64,000 nt of DNA from an uncultured Gammaproteobacteria bacterium (lineage in GTDB: Bacteria; Pseudomonadota; Gammaproteobacteria; Steroidobacterales; Steroidobacteraceae), in the NCBI GenBank assembly GCA_963811115.1, contig CAWEQB010000012.1:1017762-1081761 (forward strand), read 5' to 3'. The notes beneath the pieces were generated by a model that saw nothing but the letters and a program-made list of their open reading frames with translations, was not told the DNA's origin and made no database searches. Shown one piece after another: positions 41,329-49,948 of this stretch. Within the stretch, counting starts at the first letter, position 1. Each line of letters starts with the position of its first letter. A program made the position numbers and the translations under genes.

Positions 41329-43389
41329 TTAGTGCGCAGCGATGGCTATCGTATTTACGGGCACATCGACCATGTCGTTCGCGATGTCGAGGTGCACATT
41401 CCCAACCACCAGCTTCGATAGCTCAGCAAATCCGATCGGCGGGAGAGTCAGCCAAGGAACCGTGAAGATGCGTTTCGCCAGACCCTCGGCCATCCGTTCC
41501 AGCTGTTTGCGTTCGCCGGCCAGTCGCGCCGCCAGCAAGGGGTCGCGTGTGCCAGCCGCCAGAACACTCTTATTGAGCACCCAAGCATAGGGTTCGATTC
41601 TGGCGCGGCGCAGGTCGGCCTGCAGCGCGGCGGCCTGCGTAACCGGGGTCACTTCCGGCAAGGTCACCAGAATGATTTTCGTGTACGCAGGGTCCTGCAG
41701 CCTCATCAAGGGGGTGACGATGCGCCCGGCGCCGTGGCCTTCGAACTCCCGCATCATTTGCCGGTGGTAGGCGCCTGTCGCGTCCATCAGAAGAAGTGAG
41801 TGTCCGGTGGGTGCGGTGTCCAGCACCACGAAGGCGCTGCGCCCTTCGCTGACGATGCGTGAGAAAGCGTGGAACACTGCGACTTCCTCGGTACACGGAG
41901 AGCGCAGGTCTTCCAGCAATAGCGCTTGTTCCTGCGCGTCAAGACCAGGTGATTTGGCCGCCATGATCTTGTCAACGTAGCGTTGTGTCTCAACCTTTGG
42001 GTCGATGCGGCTCACGCTCAGACCCGTCACTTCGCCATCCAGCGTTTCCGCAAGATGTGCTGCTGGGTCAGTGGTGCTCAGGTGCACAGTTTTGCCGCGC
42101 CGGATCAGTCCAAGGGCCAAGGCGGCTGCTACCGTCGTCTTGCCGACGCCGCCCTTGCCCATCACCATGATGAGCCCATGACCGGCGGTGGCCAGTTCGT
42201 CGGCTAACGCGTCCAAGCCATGCAGGTTCCCGAGGCTGTCGACGGCTGTCGCTTCGCCTGATGCGATAGGGTCCACACCGTCGGCTAGCAGCGCACGCAA
42301 GGCGGGCAAGCCCACCGTGTCGAACGCCCGCAGCGGCACGCGGTCCTGCGGCAAGGCGCGCAGTGCCGGGGGCATGTTGGCCAGAGCTTGCTGGCCCAAG
42401 GCCTCAATTGCACCAGCCACCGCGTCTGTACGATCGCTGGCCTGAAACACGCCGTTGATTGCGAGGCGCTGGTTGTTCAAGCCCAGCGTGTGCAACTCTT
42501 CTGATGTATGTGCCGCTTCGGCGATCGCGCCTTTGTCCGGCCGGGTCACGAGGATCACAGTGGTCTGGGTCGGATTGGTTAGGGCGCCGAGCGCGGTCTT
42601 GAAGCGCTCCTCCTGCATCTTCAGTCCCGAATGCGGCCCGAGGCATGAGGCTCCCCGATCGTTGCCATTCAGAAACCCACTCCATGCCTTGGGCAGACTG
42701 AGCAGGCGCAAAGTGTGCCCCGTCGGTGCCGTGTCAAAGACGATGTGATCGTAATGTTCGTCATTGTTGGACAACAGGGAAGCGAACTCGTCGAAGGAGG
42801 CGATCTCCGTGGTGCAGGCCCCCGACAATTGCTCGCGTACGGTGGCGAGTTCGGCTTCACCGGCTCCGGCTCCCATCTGCGCGAGGACACGCTGCCGATA
42901 AGACTCGGCCGCCGTGTCAGGGTCGATGTTAAGCACGGACAGCCCAGGGGCGCCGGGTACGGGCGTGGGCGAGTTGCGAAGTTGGATCCCCAGCATCTCA
43001 TCCAGGTTCGACGCCGCGTCGGTGCTGACCAGCAGGACCTTCCTGCCTGCGTCCGCCAGGGTCAGGGCCGCCGCGGTCGACAGCGACGTCTTTCCGACGC
43101 CGCCTTTGCCGGTGAAGAACAGGTGTCGGGTCGGCTTGCTCAGAAATCCAATGTGGCCGGGCTCCAGCCATCCTTGAATTTCGTCATGCGATGGCAGGCC
43201 ACCGCTATGCACGATCTTGCCGCCTATAATTACGGCAGGCGTCGCTTTGACACCATGGCGGTGTATCTCTTCGGGGTTCTGGACCTTGATGATTTCAACG
43301 GCAACACCTAAATCGCGGGCGACCCGTTCGATCATGCCGATCGTTACGCGGCACTTGCTGCAACCCGATCCCAAGACTTCAATTTCCAT
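41329..43389 (-). CDS. arsA: Arsenite-stimulated ATPase ArsA (two-domain) with an N-terminal thioredoxin-like CxxC domain fused in frame
   Basis: ATG 43389 inside track ORF 41329-43458. MEIEVLGSGCSKCRVTIGMIERV...ATPAVIIGGKIVHSGG (small redox-active-disulfide Trx fold), then FFTGKGGVGKTS...SGACTTEIASFDEF...GASCLGP...VMGKGGVGKTT...RSPCTEEVAVF...DTAPTGH. Both P-loops and the three As(III)-ligand Cys contexts are present. Confidence 0.85.
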   Translation of the reverse strand: MEIEVLGSGCSKCRVTIGMIERVARDLGVAVEIIKVQNPEEIHRHGVKATPAVIIGGKIVHSGGLPSHDEIQGWLEPGHIGFLSKPTRHLFFTGKGGVGKTSLSTAAALTLADAGRKVLLVSTDAASNLDEMLGIQLRNSPTPVPGAPGLSVLNIDPDTAAESYRQRVLAQMGAGAGEAELATVREQLSGACTTEIASFDEFASLLSNNDEHYDHIVFDTAPTGHTLRLLSLPKAWSGFLNGNDRGASCLGPHSGLKMQEERFKTALGALTNPTQTTVILVTRPDKGAIAEAAHTSEELHTLGLNNQRLAINGVFQASDRTDAVAGAIEALGQQALANMPPALRALPQDRVPLRAFDTVGLPALRALLADGVDPIASGEATAVDSLGNLHGLDALADELATAGHGLIMVMGKGGVGKTTVAAALALGLIRRGKTVHLSTTDPAAHLAETLDGEVTGLSVSRIDPKVETQRYVDKIMAAKSPGLDAQEQALLLEDLRSPCTEEVAVFHAFSRIVSEGRSAFVVLDTAPTGHSLLLMDATGAYHRQMMREFEGHGAGRIVTPLMRLQDPAYTKIILVTLPEVTPVTQAAALQADLRRARIEPYAWVLNKSVLAAGTRDPLLAARLAGERKQLERMAEGLAKRIFTVPWLTLPPIGFAELSKLVVGNVHLDIANDMVDVPVNTIAIAAH

Positions 43390-43741
43390 ACTTACGGCCT
43401 TACACACGATCGTCATCGGAAGCGCACTTGCTGAAAGTGCGAGCGGGCGCGGACTCACGAATAAGCCGACGAACCCGCTTCATTCTACTCGTGAGTAACC
43501 CGACGAGGCATTGGAAGAGCCCTATCCAATGTCTCGTCTTACTAGTGGATGTCCGCATCGGTGGTGTAGGAACACTTAGAGATTGGGTCGGCTGGCGTTA
43601 ATGGTTACGGCCGCGCGGCGCAGAGTCCCGAACGTTGCCGGTCGTTGTTCCCGTCAATTACGTGCTCGGAGTTCGTGGCAGATGCGAGCATTGATCGCTA
43701 TTCGCGTCGCATGGCTGCCAAACCTCAGTAGCAGTCTCGGT

Positions 43742-43866
43742 ATTTCAGGTACTTATAAGTGCCGGAGACAATTGAGTGGGAGTGACCAGACCAGGGCGCT
43801 TCCCTGGTGTTGCACGGTTGGTCGACGCAGAGAACCCTGAGTTTCTGGGCAAAACTGCCAGAAACT
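43742..43866 (+). repeat. guaA 3'-end unit, copy B (short left arm, a pseudo-end ..ACAATTGAGTGGGAGTGA, and the tail)
   Basis: Aligns with copies A and C from ..TTTCAGGTACTTATAAGTGCCGGAGACA.. through ..AACCCTGAGTTTCTGGGCAAAACTGCCAGAAAC. An in-frame TAA lies a few codons before the pseudo-stop. Confidence 0.8.
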
Positions 43867-43954
43867 CACCTTCGTCCGCCGCGCGCAGAGCGGCGCATTA
43901 GCCAGTGAGATTAACTGATTCGACTTCCTAAATTCTTTCCCACGGCTTTTTAGG

Positions 43955-44647
43955 CTAGTTCACAGCCTGAAGCTTTGCTGATTTCATTAAGTTCAAGATC
44001 TCATCATTGATTAGTCCGGGATTGGTTTTTCCGGCGGGTTTCGGGGTGTACGTAGCGGCGACGCCGTAGACGACAACCGAGACTTTCCGCTGTGGATCAA
44101 CCCAGCAGGCAAAGTAACCGTCCAAGCTCACATCGTGATAGGAGGCGACGCCGGATGGCCACGACGACTTAGGCGGCATTCCGATCAAAGTCGGCAGTGG
44201 ACCTGACGCGTCAGCGCTGAGGTCACTGTGGCTTTGCATGGTTCCGTGCCAAAGCGGCCAGCTGTGGCCATCGATTAAAATGTTCCCGACTCTGATGGCC
44301 TGAGATGCATCGGCGAGCGGCCTAGGGTCGCCCATCGCCGATAGCCAAGAACGTTGATCGAGCGCTGTCACCTGCCAAGCCAACGTCTCCAAGTTTGCAG
44401 GGAGAGAGCCATCCCTCTGTTTGATAACGTACCCACCGACCCAGGCCTGATAGTAGGGCGATAATGGATTCGAGCGTTCGCTGTAGGATGTGGTCCAGGT
44501 TCGCGGTCCCGCAAACATGTAATAGTTGACGCCGTTTGCTTTGATCGGATCCCAAATATCGTTCATCTGATTCTTCATTGGCGCGATCCACGCGGGTGGT
44601 GGCTCCGCAAATGAAATCGCCACGGAATCTGCACGCTCCTGTGCCAC
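43955..44647 (-). CDS. Hypothetical protein with no family I recognise; possibly continues upstream to ATG 44825 after a +1 correction
   Basis: 230-aa track ORF (GTG start) in a lower-GC stretch. An upstream 60-codon frame (ORF 44322-44825) encodes a TM anchor (IAIILACLAILAGATYMA) and abuts it in the +1 frame. The span is 871 nt, and 871-1 gives 290 codons. Confidence 0.5.
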   Translation of the reverse strand: MAQERADSVAISFAEPPPAWIAPMKNQMNDIWDPIKANGVNYYMFAGPRTWTTSYSERSNPLSPYYQAWVGGYVIKQRDGSLPANLETLAWQVTALDQRSWLSAMGDPRPLADASQAIRVGNILIDGHSWPLWHGTMQSHSDLSADASGPLPTLIGMPPKSSWPSGVASYHDVSLDGYFACWVDPQRKVSVVVYGVAATYTPKPAGKTNPGLINDEILNLMKSAKLQAVN

Positions 44648-44926
44648 TAACCCAGAGTCCCTGATTCAGAATGATACGCGCGATATTCAATAGCAAAGCG
44701 CACCGCGCCATGTATGTCGCGCCCGCAAGGATTGCCAGGCACGCCAAAATAATGGCGATCCTATTGCGCCATCGAACGAGTATTGGAGTTCCAGTCCGTG
44801 GGGGCGAGAGCATCCTGCCGATCATCGAACTGTTTCCTGCGGAATTCAGGCAAGCGGCTAGCTTATCAGCGTCGCGACGGCAGTCGAGTTCCGCCGGGAC
44901 TACAGAGACGGATTGAAGTCTTCAGG

Positions 44927-45136
44927 ATCTATCGCCGTCTATCGTCCCCAAGCTGAATGTTCTGGCGGTAGATTTGACGGTAAGTCCGGCGCACCACGAC
45001 AAGAAGTCGCGTACTTTCAGTGGCTTATACGTGCCGGAGACAATTGAGTGAGAGTGACCAGACCAAGGCGCTTCCCCAGTGTGGCACGCCCGGCCGACGC
45101 AGTGAACCCTGAGTTTCTGGGGAAAAGTGGCAATAA
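44927..45136 (+). repeat. guaA 3'-end unit, copy C (extended left arm, a pseudo-end ..ACAATTGAGTGAGAGTGA with TGG mutated to TGA, and the tail)
   Basis: Alignable with copy A over its whole length, including the duplicated TCTATCG(C/T)C 9-mer at the left end. Confidence 0.8.
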
Positions 45137-45234
45137 CTCGGAACTGACTGCACGGGGCCTGGGTGCGGGCATCGTGTCCGTTATCTTTTGGCAAGGCGAA
45201 AAGGCGCGTTGCTCGACCCGCATTGCGGATCTCA

Positions 45235-45483
45235 TCACACGGAGACCGGCCGCACCAATTCGACCATCGATGCATTGAACTTCTCGGGCTCATCGACGAA
45301 CGGCTCGTGGCCGGATTCCTCAAACCAGACAAGTCTCTTCGAGGGGGCCGTCAGTACATTGAAGTAGGCCGCGCTGGTATCTGCGGGAACCTGATGATCG
45401 CGGCGTCCAAGAAAGAAGAACACGGGAATCTGCAGCGCGGGCACGACCTTCATGAGATTCAGCGCAGATACTTCAGTCCACAT
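45235..45483 (-). pseudogene. C-terminal fragment of an alpha/beta-hydrolase
   Basis: The 82-aa ORF ...PVFFFLGRRDHQVPADTS...LVWFEESGHEPFVDEPEKFNASMVE is a typical alpha/beta-hydrolase C-terminus with Asp/His triad context. No nucleophile-elbow portion lies upstream, and there is a stop 2 codons before the first Met. Confidence 0.6.
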
Positions 45484-45514
45484 GGCGTCTTAGCCGATCT
45501 GCGAGATCGCGAAC

Positions 45515-45871
45515 TTGGTCATTGAGCGATCGGCGTTGGCGCTCAAAGCGGAGGTCGCGCTGGTGTTCATCGGCGCAGGCGTCGCAGGGACGCTGTACTA
45601 CGGTACCCTGGTGCGGAGGGCGCCGTCAGGACCGGCGCTATCCGTGGCGGCTCCGGTGTTTGCGGCCACACCTCTCCCGGTTGTCTTTGGTATTCCGACA
45701 ATCTATTGGGTCTGCGCAGTCGGTGACTGGTTCACGGCTCTTGTCGCCATGGGTGCCTTGGCGATCCTCTTTCGATGGAAGGTGAGCAATCCGCTCCTCA
45801 TGGCAGCCACGGCCCTCGCAGGCTTGATTGCGTTTCCCTTGTTGCATCCGAGTTGGATGATGTTGAAATGA
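45515..45871 (+). pseudogene. Possible C-terminal fragment of a CHR-family (chromate) transporter
   Basis: The 118-aa ORF ends ...DWFTALVAMGALAILFRWKVSNPLLMAATALAGLIAFPLL, which resembles CHR C-termini. The N-terminal part shows no family pattern. Assignment is weak. Confidence 0.3.
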
Positions 45872-46851
45872 GAATTCCGGCGTTGCTGTTGGTGGTGCTC
45901 GGGATCGAACTCGGCGGGGCGGTGAATGCCGCGCCGCTGGAGCTTGAGGCGAAAATCCCCTTGGGTGAGGTGCGCGGCCGGATCGATCATCTTGCCGTCG
46001 ATGTCGAGCGGCAACGACTGTATGTGGCCGAGCTCGGAAACGACAGCGTAGGTGTCGTAGACCTGAAGGAGCGCAAGGTCGTTCGAACTCTCGCGGGGCT
46101 CAAAGAACCACAGGGAATCGGCTATGTGCGTTCCACAGATACAGTTTACGTAGCCAATGCAGGCGACGGTTCCGTGCGGATGTTTCAGGGCGCGAACCTG
46201 ACGCCGGCAGGGAAGATCGACTTCGGCAGTGATGCTGACAACGTGCGTATAGACGATGCCGCGGGTCGCATTTTCGTAGGATACGGTGATGGGGCTCTCG
46301 CCGTGATCGACGCAGCCAGTCGCCGGAAGCTCTCAGACATCCCACTCCAGGCCCATCCAGAGAGCTTCCAACTCGACAGCTCCGGTCAGCGCATCTACGT
46401 CAATGTTCCCGATGCGCGCCAGATCGCATTCGTGGATCGCTCGGCCAATAGGCAGATTGCCCCATGGTCAACGGGCGGCCTGCGCGCCAATTTCCCCCTT
46501 GCCCTGGATGAGCCTCATGGGCGACTGCTGGCGATTTTTCGTCATCCAGCACGATTGGGCGAATTCGATCTGCAGGATGGACGTCTATTGTCGACTGCCA
46601 ACACATGCGAGGATGCGGACGATGCATTCATCGACGCGAAACGAAACCGCGTTTACGTCAGCTGCGGAGAGGGATTCCTGGACGTACTTGCGTTGCAGGG
46701 CTCGGGCTACGTGAGCATAGGAAGGGTCCGGACAGCTCCGGGTGCTCGTACAGCGTTGTACGTTTCGACCATGGACCGGCTGATGCTGGCCGTGCGCGCG
46801 ACAGGAGACATCCCGGCGAGCGTCTGGGTATTTCGCCCCACATCAGAATGA
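45868..46851 (+). CDS. Secreted YncE/YVTN-type beta-propeller repeat protein
   Basis: ATG 45868 (ATGA overlap with the preceding ORF). Signal peptide MRIPALLLVVLGIELGGAVNA. Repeated ..RLYVAELGNDSVGVVD.., ..TVYVANAGDGSV.., ..RIFVGYGDGALAVID.., ..RIYVNVPDARQIAFVD.. blades. Confidence 0.65.
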   Translation: MRIPALLLVVLGIELGGAVNAAPLELEAKIPLGEVRGRIDHLAVDVERQRLYVAELGNDSVGVVDLKERKVVRTLAGLKEPQGIGYVRSTDTVYVANAGDGSVRMFQGANLTPAGKIDFGSDADNVRIDDAAGRIFVGYGDGALAVIDAASRRKLSDIPLQAHPESFQLDSSGQRIYVNVPDARQIAFVDRSANRQIAPWSTGGLRANFPLALDEPHGRLLAIFRHPARLGEFDLQDGRLLSTANTCEDADDAFIDAKRNRVYVSCGEGFLDVLALQGSGYVSIGRVRTAPGARTALYVSTMDRLMLAVRATGDIPASVWVFRPTSE

Positions 46852-47918
46852 TGAGATTCACAACGAAGACCGCGGTCCGCGTTCGGCACAAACGGCGTGG
46901 GTCGGCATGGCTTCTCAACGTCACGCTTGCGTTGGCAGGTACGGCCGTTGCACCGCCGACGCATGCCGACTCCCCGGAACTTGCAATCCGCGATTTCTCC
47001 TCCGGTCAGATCAAGAAAGGCGTGCGCTCGATCGGATTTGGAGGCGATGGAGCGACCTGGGGGAACTATGGGCTAGTCTGGAGGGATGCGGGAACGGGTC
47101 TGGTTGACTACGGGAACACGTCTTACAGTAATGGCAACGATTTCTCCTTTGCAGCGCTCGGGGCCACAACACCCTCGTTGTGGCACGACCTGGCGATTTA
47201 CGTCATTGCGATGTCCGAGCGCACCAGTACCGTTAACTTTGATCTCCGCTCGCCGGGTCTGGGTCAAGGCCCGACACCCGTGACCGGTGAGGGGCATGAT
47301 GACGCCCTCTTCTCCAAGGTGGCGCTGCCGCTCGGCCACGGCGTGTCAGCCGGCGTTCTCCTATCCTACGAAATCTCGCATTTCGATGCGCACTCCATCG
47401 CAGTTCCGGCTGACACGGTCCGCTATCAGACCGAGTGGCGCCCATCGGGTGGCTTCGGCGTCGCCTGGCAGCCGAACAAGCAGCTGCTGTTCGGCTTTCG
47501 TGCGCTACTCAACAATGATCTGGAGCAACGCATCGATCCCTCGGGAGTCAGCGAGGGCTTGGCTCGCTCGTATGAGTATCGCCTCGGAGGGTCCGTCTCG
47601 CCGTGGGAGGGTGCATTGCTCGATATTGGGGGCACGCGCCTGGAGAAGCGCAACGCCATTGCCAAGACTCACACGATCGCCTACGAACCGAACATTGGTT
47701 TCGAGCAGGCGATCAACCGGTGCTTCGTGGTCCGCCTGGGTGTGGATGAAACCTCACCGACGGCGGGATTCTCGCTCAAGTTTGCACCGATCACGGTCGA
47801 CATCGCCTACGTCCGCGATATGGCTCGAGCCCGAGTCGGGCAACTGTTTGGGTCTCGCAGTGACAGCCTCGTTGCCACCTTCGTGTTGAACTACGAAGCA
47901 CTAGGGCGGGAGCACTGA
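46848..47918 (+). CDS. Hypothetical secreted protein, possibly an outer-membrane beta-barrel
   Basis: ATG 46848 overlaps the upstream stop (ATGA). Signal-like WLLNVTLALAGTAVAPPTHA. Alternating beta-strand-like pattern with aromatic residues toward the C-terminus (..LVATFVLNYEALGREH). I recognise no family. Confidence 0.45.
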   Translation: MMRFTTKTAVRVRHKRRGSAWLLNVTLALAGTAVAPPTHADSPELAIRDFSSGQIKKGVRSIGFGGDGATWGNYGLVWRDAGTGLVDYGNTSYSNGNDFSFAALGATTPSLWHDLAIYVIAMSERTSTVNFDLRSPGLGQGPTPVTGEGHDDALFSKVALPLGHGVSAGVLLSYEISHFDAHSIAVPADTVRYQTEWRPSGGFGVAWQPNKQLLFGFRALLNNDLEQRIDPSGVSEGLARSYEYRLGGSVSPWEGALLDIGGTRLEKRNAIAKTHTIAYEPNIGFEQAINRCFVVRLGVDETSPTAGFSLKFAPITVDIAYVRDMARARVGQLFGSRSDSLVATFVLNYEALGREH

Positions 47919-47922
47919 ACGA

Positions 47923-49104
47923 ATGCACGCAGTCAAAAAGTTCGGTGTCCATGTTGACGTGTTGAAGCTCGGTCTCGTGAGCTTCCTGACAGATCTCAGT
48001 TCGGAGATGATATTTTCGGTCTTCGCAATTTTCTTTACGACGATCGCGGGCGCATCGGCTGCCCTGCTCGGACTTGTTGAAGGCGCCGCCGATTTCTCCT
48101 CGTCCTGCTTGGATTACGTCGCGGGTTGGTCGTCGGAGAGAACAGGGAGACGCAAGTTGTTCGCTCTGGCCGGCTACGGCTTTTCCACGCTGGCCAAGGT
48201 CATTCTGCCGCTGACCACTTCGATCACGGGTCTTAGTGCCTTCCGTGTAATCGAAAGAATGGGAAAGAGCTTCCGGGGACCGCCGCGTGATGCCTGGCTT
48301 TCGGCAGTTGCGGACAAAGCCGCGCGCGGATATTCATTTGGAGTCCACAAGGCGCTCGACAAGTCTGGAGCGATCCTGGGCCCGTTGATCGCGTATGGCC
48401 TGATTTCGCGGCTCGGGGATCACGCGCCGACATATCGGACGCTGTTTTGGGTCGCGCTTGTCCCGGCGGTGCTCAGCGTTGCTGTGCTGAGTTTCATCAA
48501 GGAGCAACCGGGGATTGCGCGCCGGCGCGACAACATGTTCAACACTTTGAAGACCTTGAGCCCCGGCTTTAGAAGGTACCTTATCGCCGCCGGGATCTTC
48601 TCGCTGGCTTATTTCAGCTTCGGCTTCCTTCTGTTACGCGCGCACGACGTCGGGTTCGCCGTCAAGGACGTCATACTGCTCTATGCGCTGTTCAACATCG
48701 CGTTCGTCGTATCCGCGCCGTTGATCGGGCGACTTGGCGACTGGTGCGGCAGGGCACGTATCATTCTGCTTGGCTACCTGACCTATCTGCTGATGAGTCT
48801 TGGTTTTGCATTTGCGGCCACAAAATGGCAGGTGATTCTCCTGTTCATCGTCTATGGCGTGTTCTATTCGATCGACGAGGCACAGAGTAAGGCTTTCATC
48901 GCGGATATCGAGCTGGAGCGGCGCGCGTCCGCGATCGGCGCCTATAATTTTGTTACCGGACTCATCTACGTGCCCGCTTCGCTCGCTGCTGGAGCATTGT
49001 GGGTCATTAGCCCGGTTATTGCCTTCTTGGTCGCTGCCTGTCTTGCGCTTTCAGCGATCGTGGCGTTTGCAATCTTGCGGCCGGATCTGTCACCGGTCGC
49101 CTAG
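47923..49104 (+). CDS. MFS transporter
   Basis: 393 aa, about 12 TM helices, starting 5 nt after the upstream stop. Confidence 0.7.
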   Translation: MHAVKKFGVHVDVLKLGLVSFLTDLSSEMIFSVFAIFFTTIAGASAALLGLVEGAADFSSSCLDYVAGWSSERTGRRKLFALAGYGFSTLAKVILPLTTSITGLSAFRVIERMGKSFRGPPRDAWLSAVADKAARGYSFGVHKALDKSGAILGPLIAYGLISRLGDHAPTYRTLFWVALVPAVLSVAVLSFIKEQPGIARRRDNMFNTLKTLSPGFRRYLIAAGIFSLAYFSFGFLLLRAHDVGFAVKDVILLYALFNIAFVVSAPLIGRLGDWCGRARIILLGYLTYLLMSLGFAFAATKWQVILLFIVYGVFYSIDEAQSKAFIADIELERRASAIGAYNFVTGLIYVPASLAAGALWVISPVIAFLVAACLALSAIVAFAILRPDLSPVA

Positions 49105-49556
49105 GCCGGCGACGGTACGGCCGCCATTTCGCGCACTTGTATTTCCAGCGCACGCGCACCACGCAGAGAATTCGCCACCAAGCAAAGCTTTTCAGCCCGC
49201 TCCAAAAGCTCGCGCGCCTTGGCGTGATCGGCATTGGACTGGACGGTCAACGTGGCTCGGGTGATGTAGCGAACGAATTGAGTGACTCCGGAAACCCGTT
49301 CCAACGTGCCATCCACGTGAGCCTCGAGGCCAACCCACTCGAAGCGGGCGGCGCGGGATACACCTCGAAATGTCAGGAGGAAGCAGTCGGCGATGGCGGC
49401 GACGAGCAGCGTCTCAGGGGACCAAACACCTCCGGGTCCGTCGAATTCCGGCGGCGGGGCGGTCGCTATGCCCGGCAATCCGGTCGACATGACAGAAACG
49501 GCTCCCGACGCAGAACCCTTGGCGGTAACGGTATACGAGTGCGGGTATGGTTTCAC
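49101..49556 (-). CDS. OsmC/Ohr-family peroxiredoxin-like protein
   Basis: In-frame GTG 49556 preceded by GGAGA, inside track ORF 49101-49628. PEFDGPGGVWSPETLLVAAIADCFLLTF...AEKLCLVANSL, with the two conserved Cys. Confidence 0.7.
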   Translation of the reverse strand: MKPYPHSYTVTAKGSASGAVSVMSTGLPGIATAPPPEFDGPGGVWSPETLLVAAIADCFLLTFRGVSRAARFEWVGLEAHVDGTLERVSGVTQFVRYITRATLTVQSNADHAKARELLERAEKLCLVANSLRGARALEIQVREMAAVPSPA

Positions 49557-49948
49557 GAATGTTCTCCGCTGCAACTGTGGTTTGCTCAGATGATTTTTCC
49601 GCTCCAGGCTAACAGCCACGGCGGCCATTCAACATACGTAGCTCCGTGCAGATTGTGCGGCAATCGCTTATGGCCTTATTTTCGCCGGTGTCTTGGCCGG
49701 CGCGCGACTACGTTGAGGAGAGGGAAGGCCGCGAAGCAGACCTGAGCCGCAAGGCCGATTACACCGGCGAGTGACCGGAGATCGGCAAGGTAGTCGTTGT
49801 CAGAATGATGGGCGCCTCGACCGAAACAGCTATTGTCGGGCCAAAGTGTGGGGCAAGCAGCAGAACGCGGGCCGCTCCGAGAAGGAAGCCGATCGTAAAG
49901 ACAGTGACCGCGTAGGCTATTCCGGCCTTGGCGCTCAACGCGAGGAGT

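Noticed and set aside
36250-45136. An integron-like cassette array, with the repeats acting as attC sites.
   Set aside because: The repeat ends have no RYYYAAC/GTTRRRY core pair and no intI gene is present. The repeats clearly derive from the guaA 3' end, and the cargo genes are in mixed orientations.
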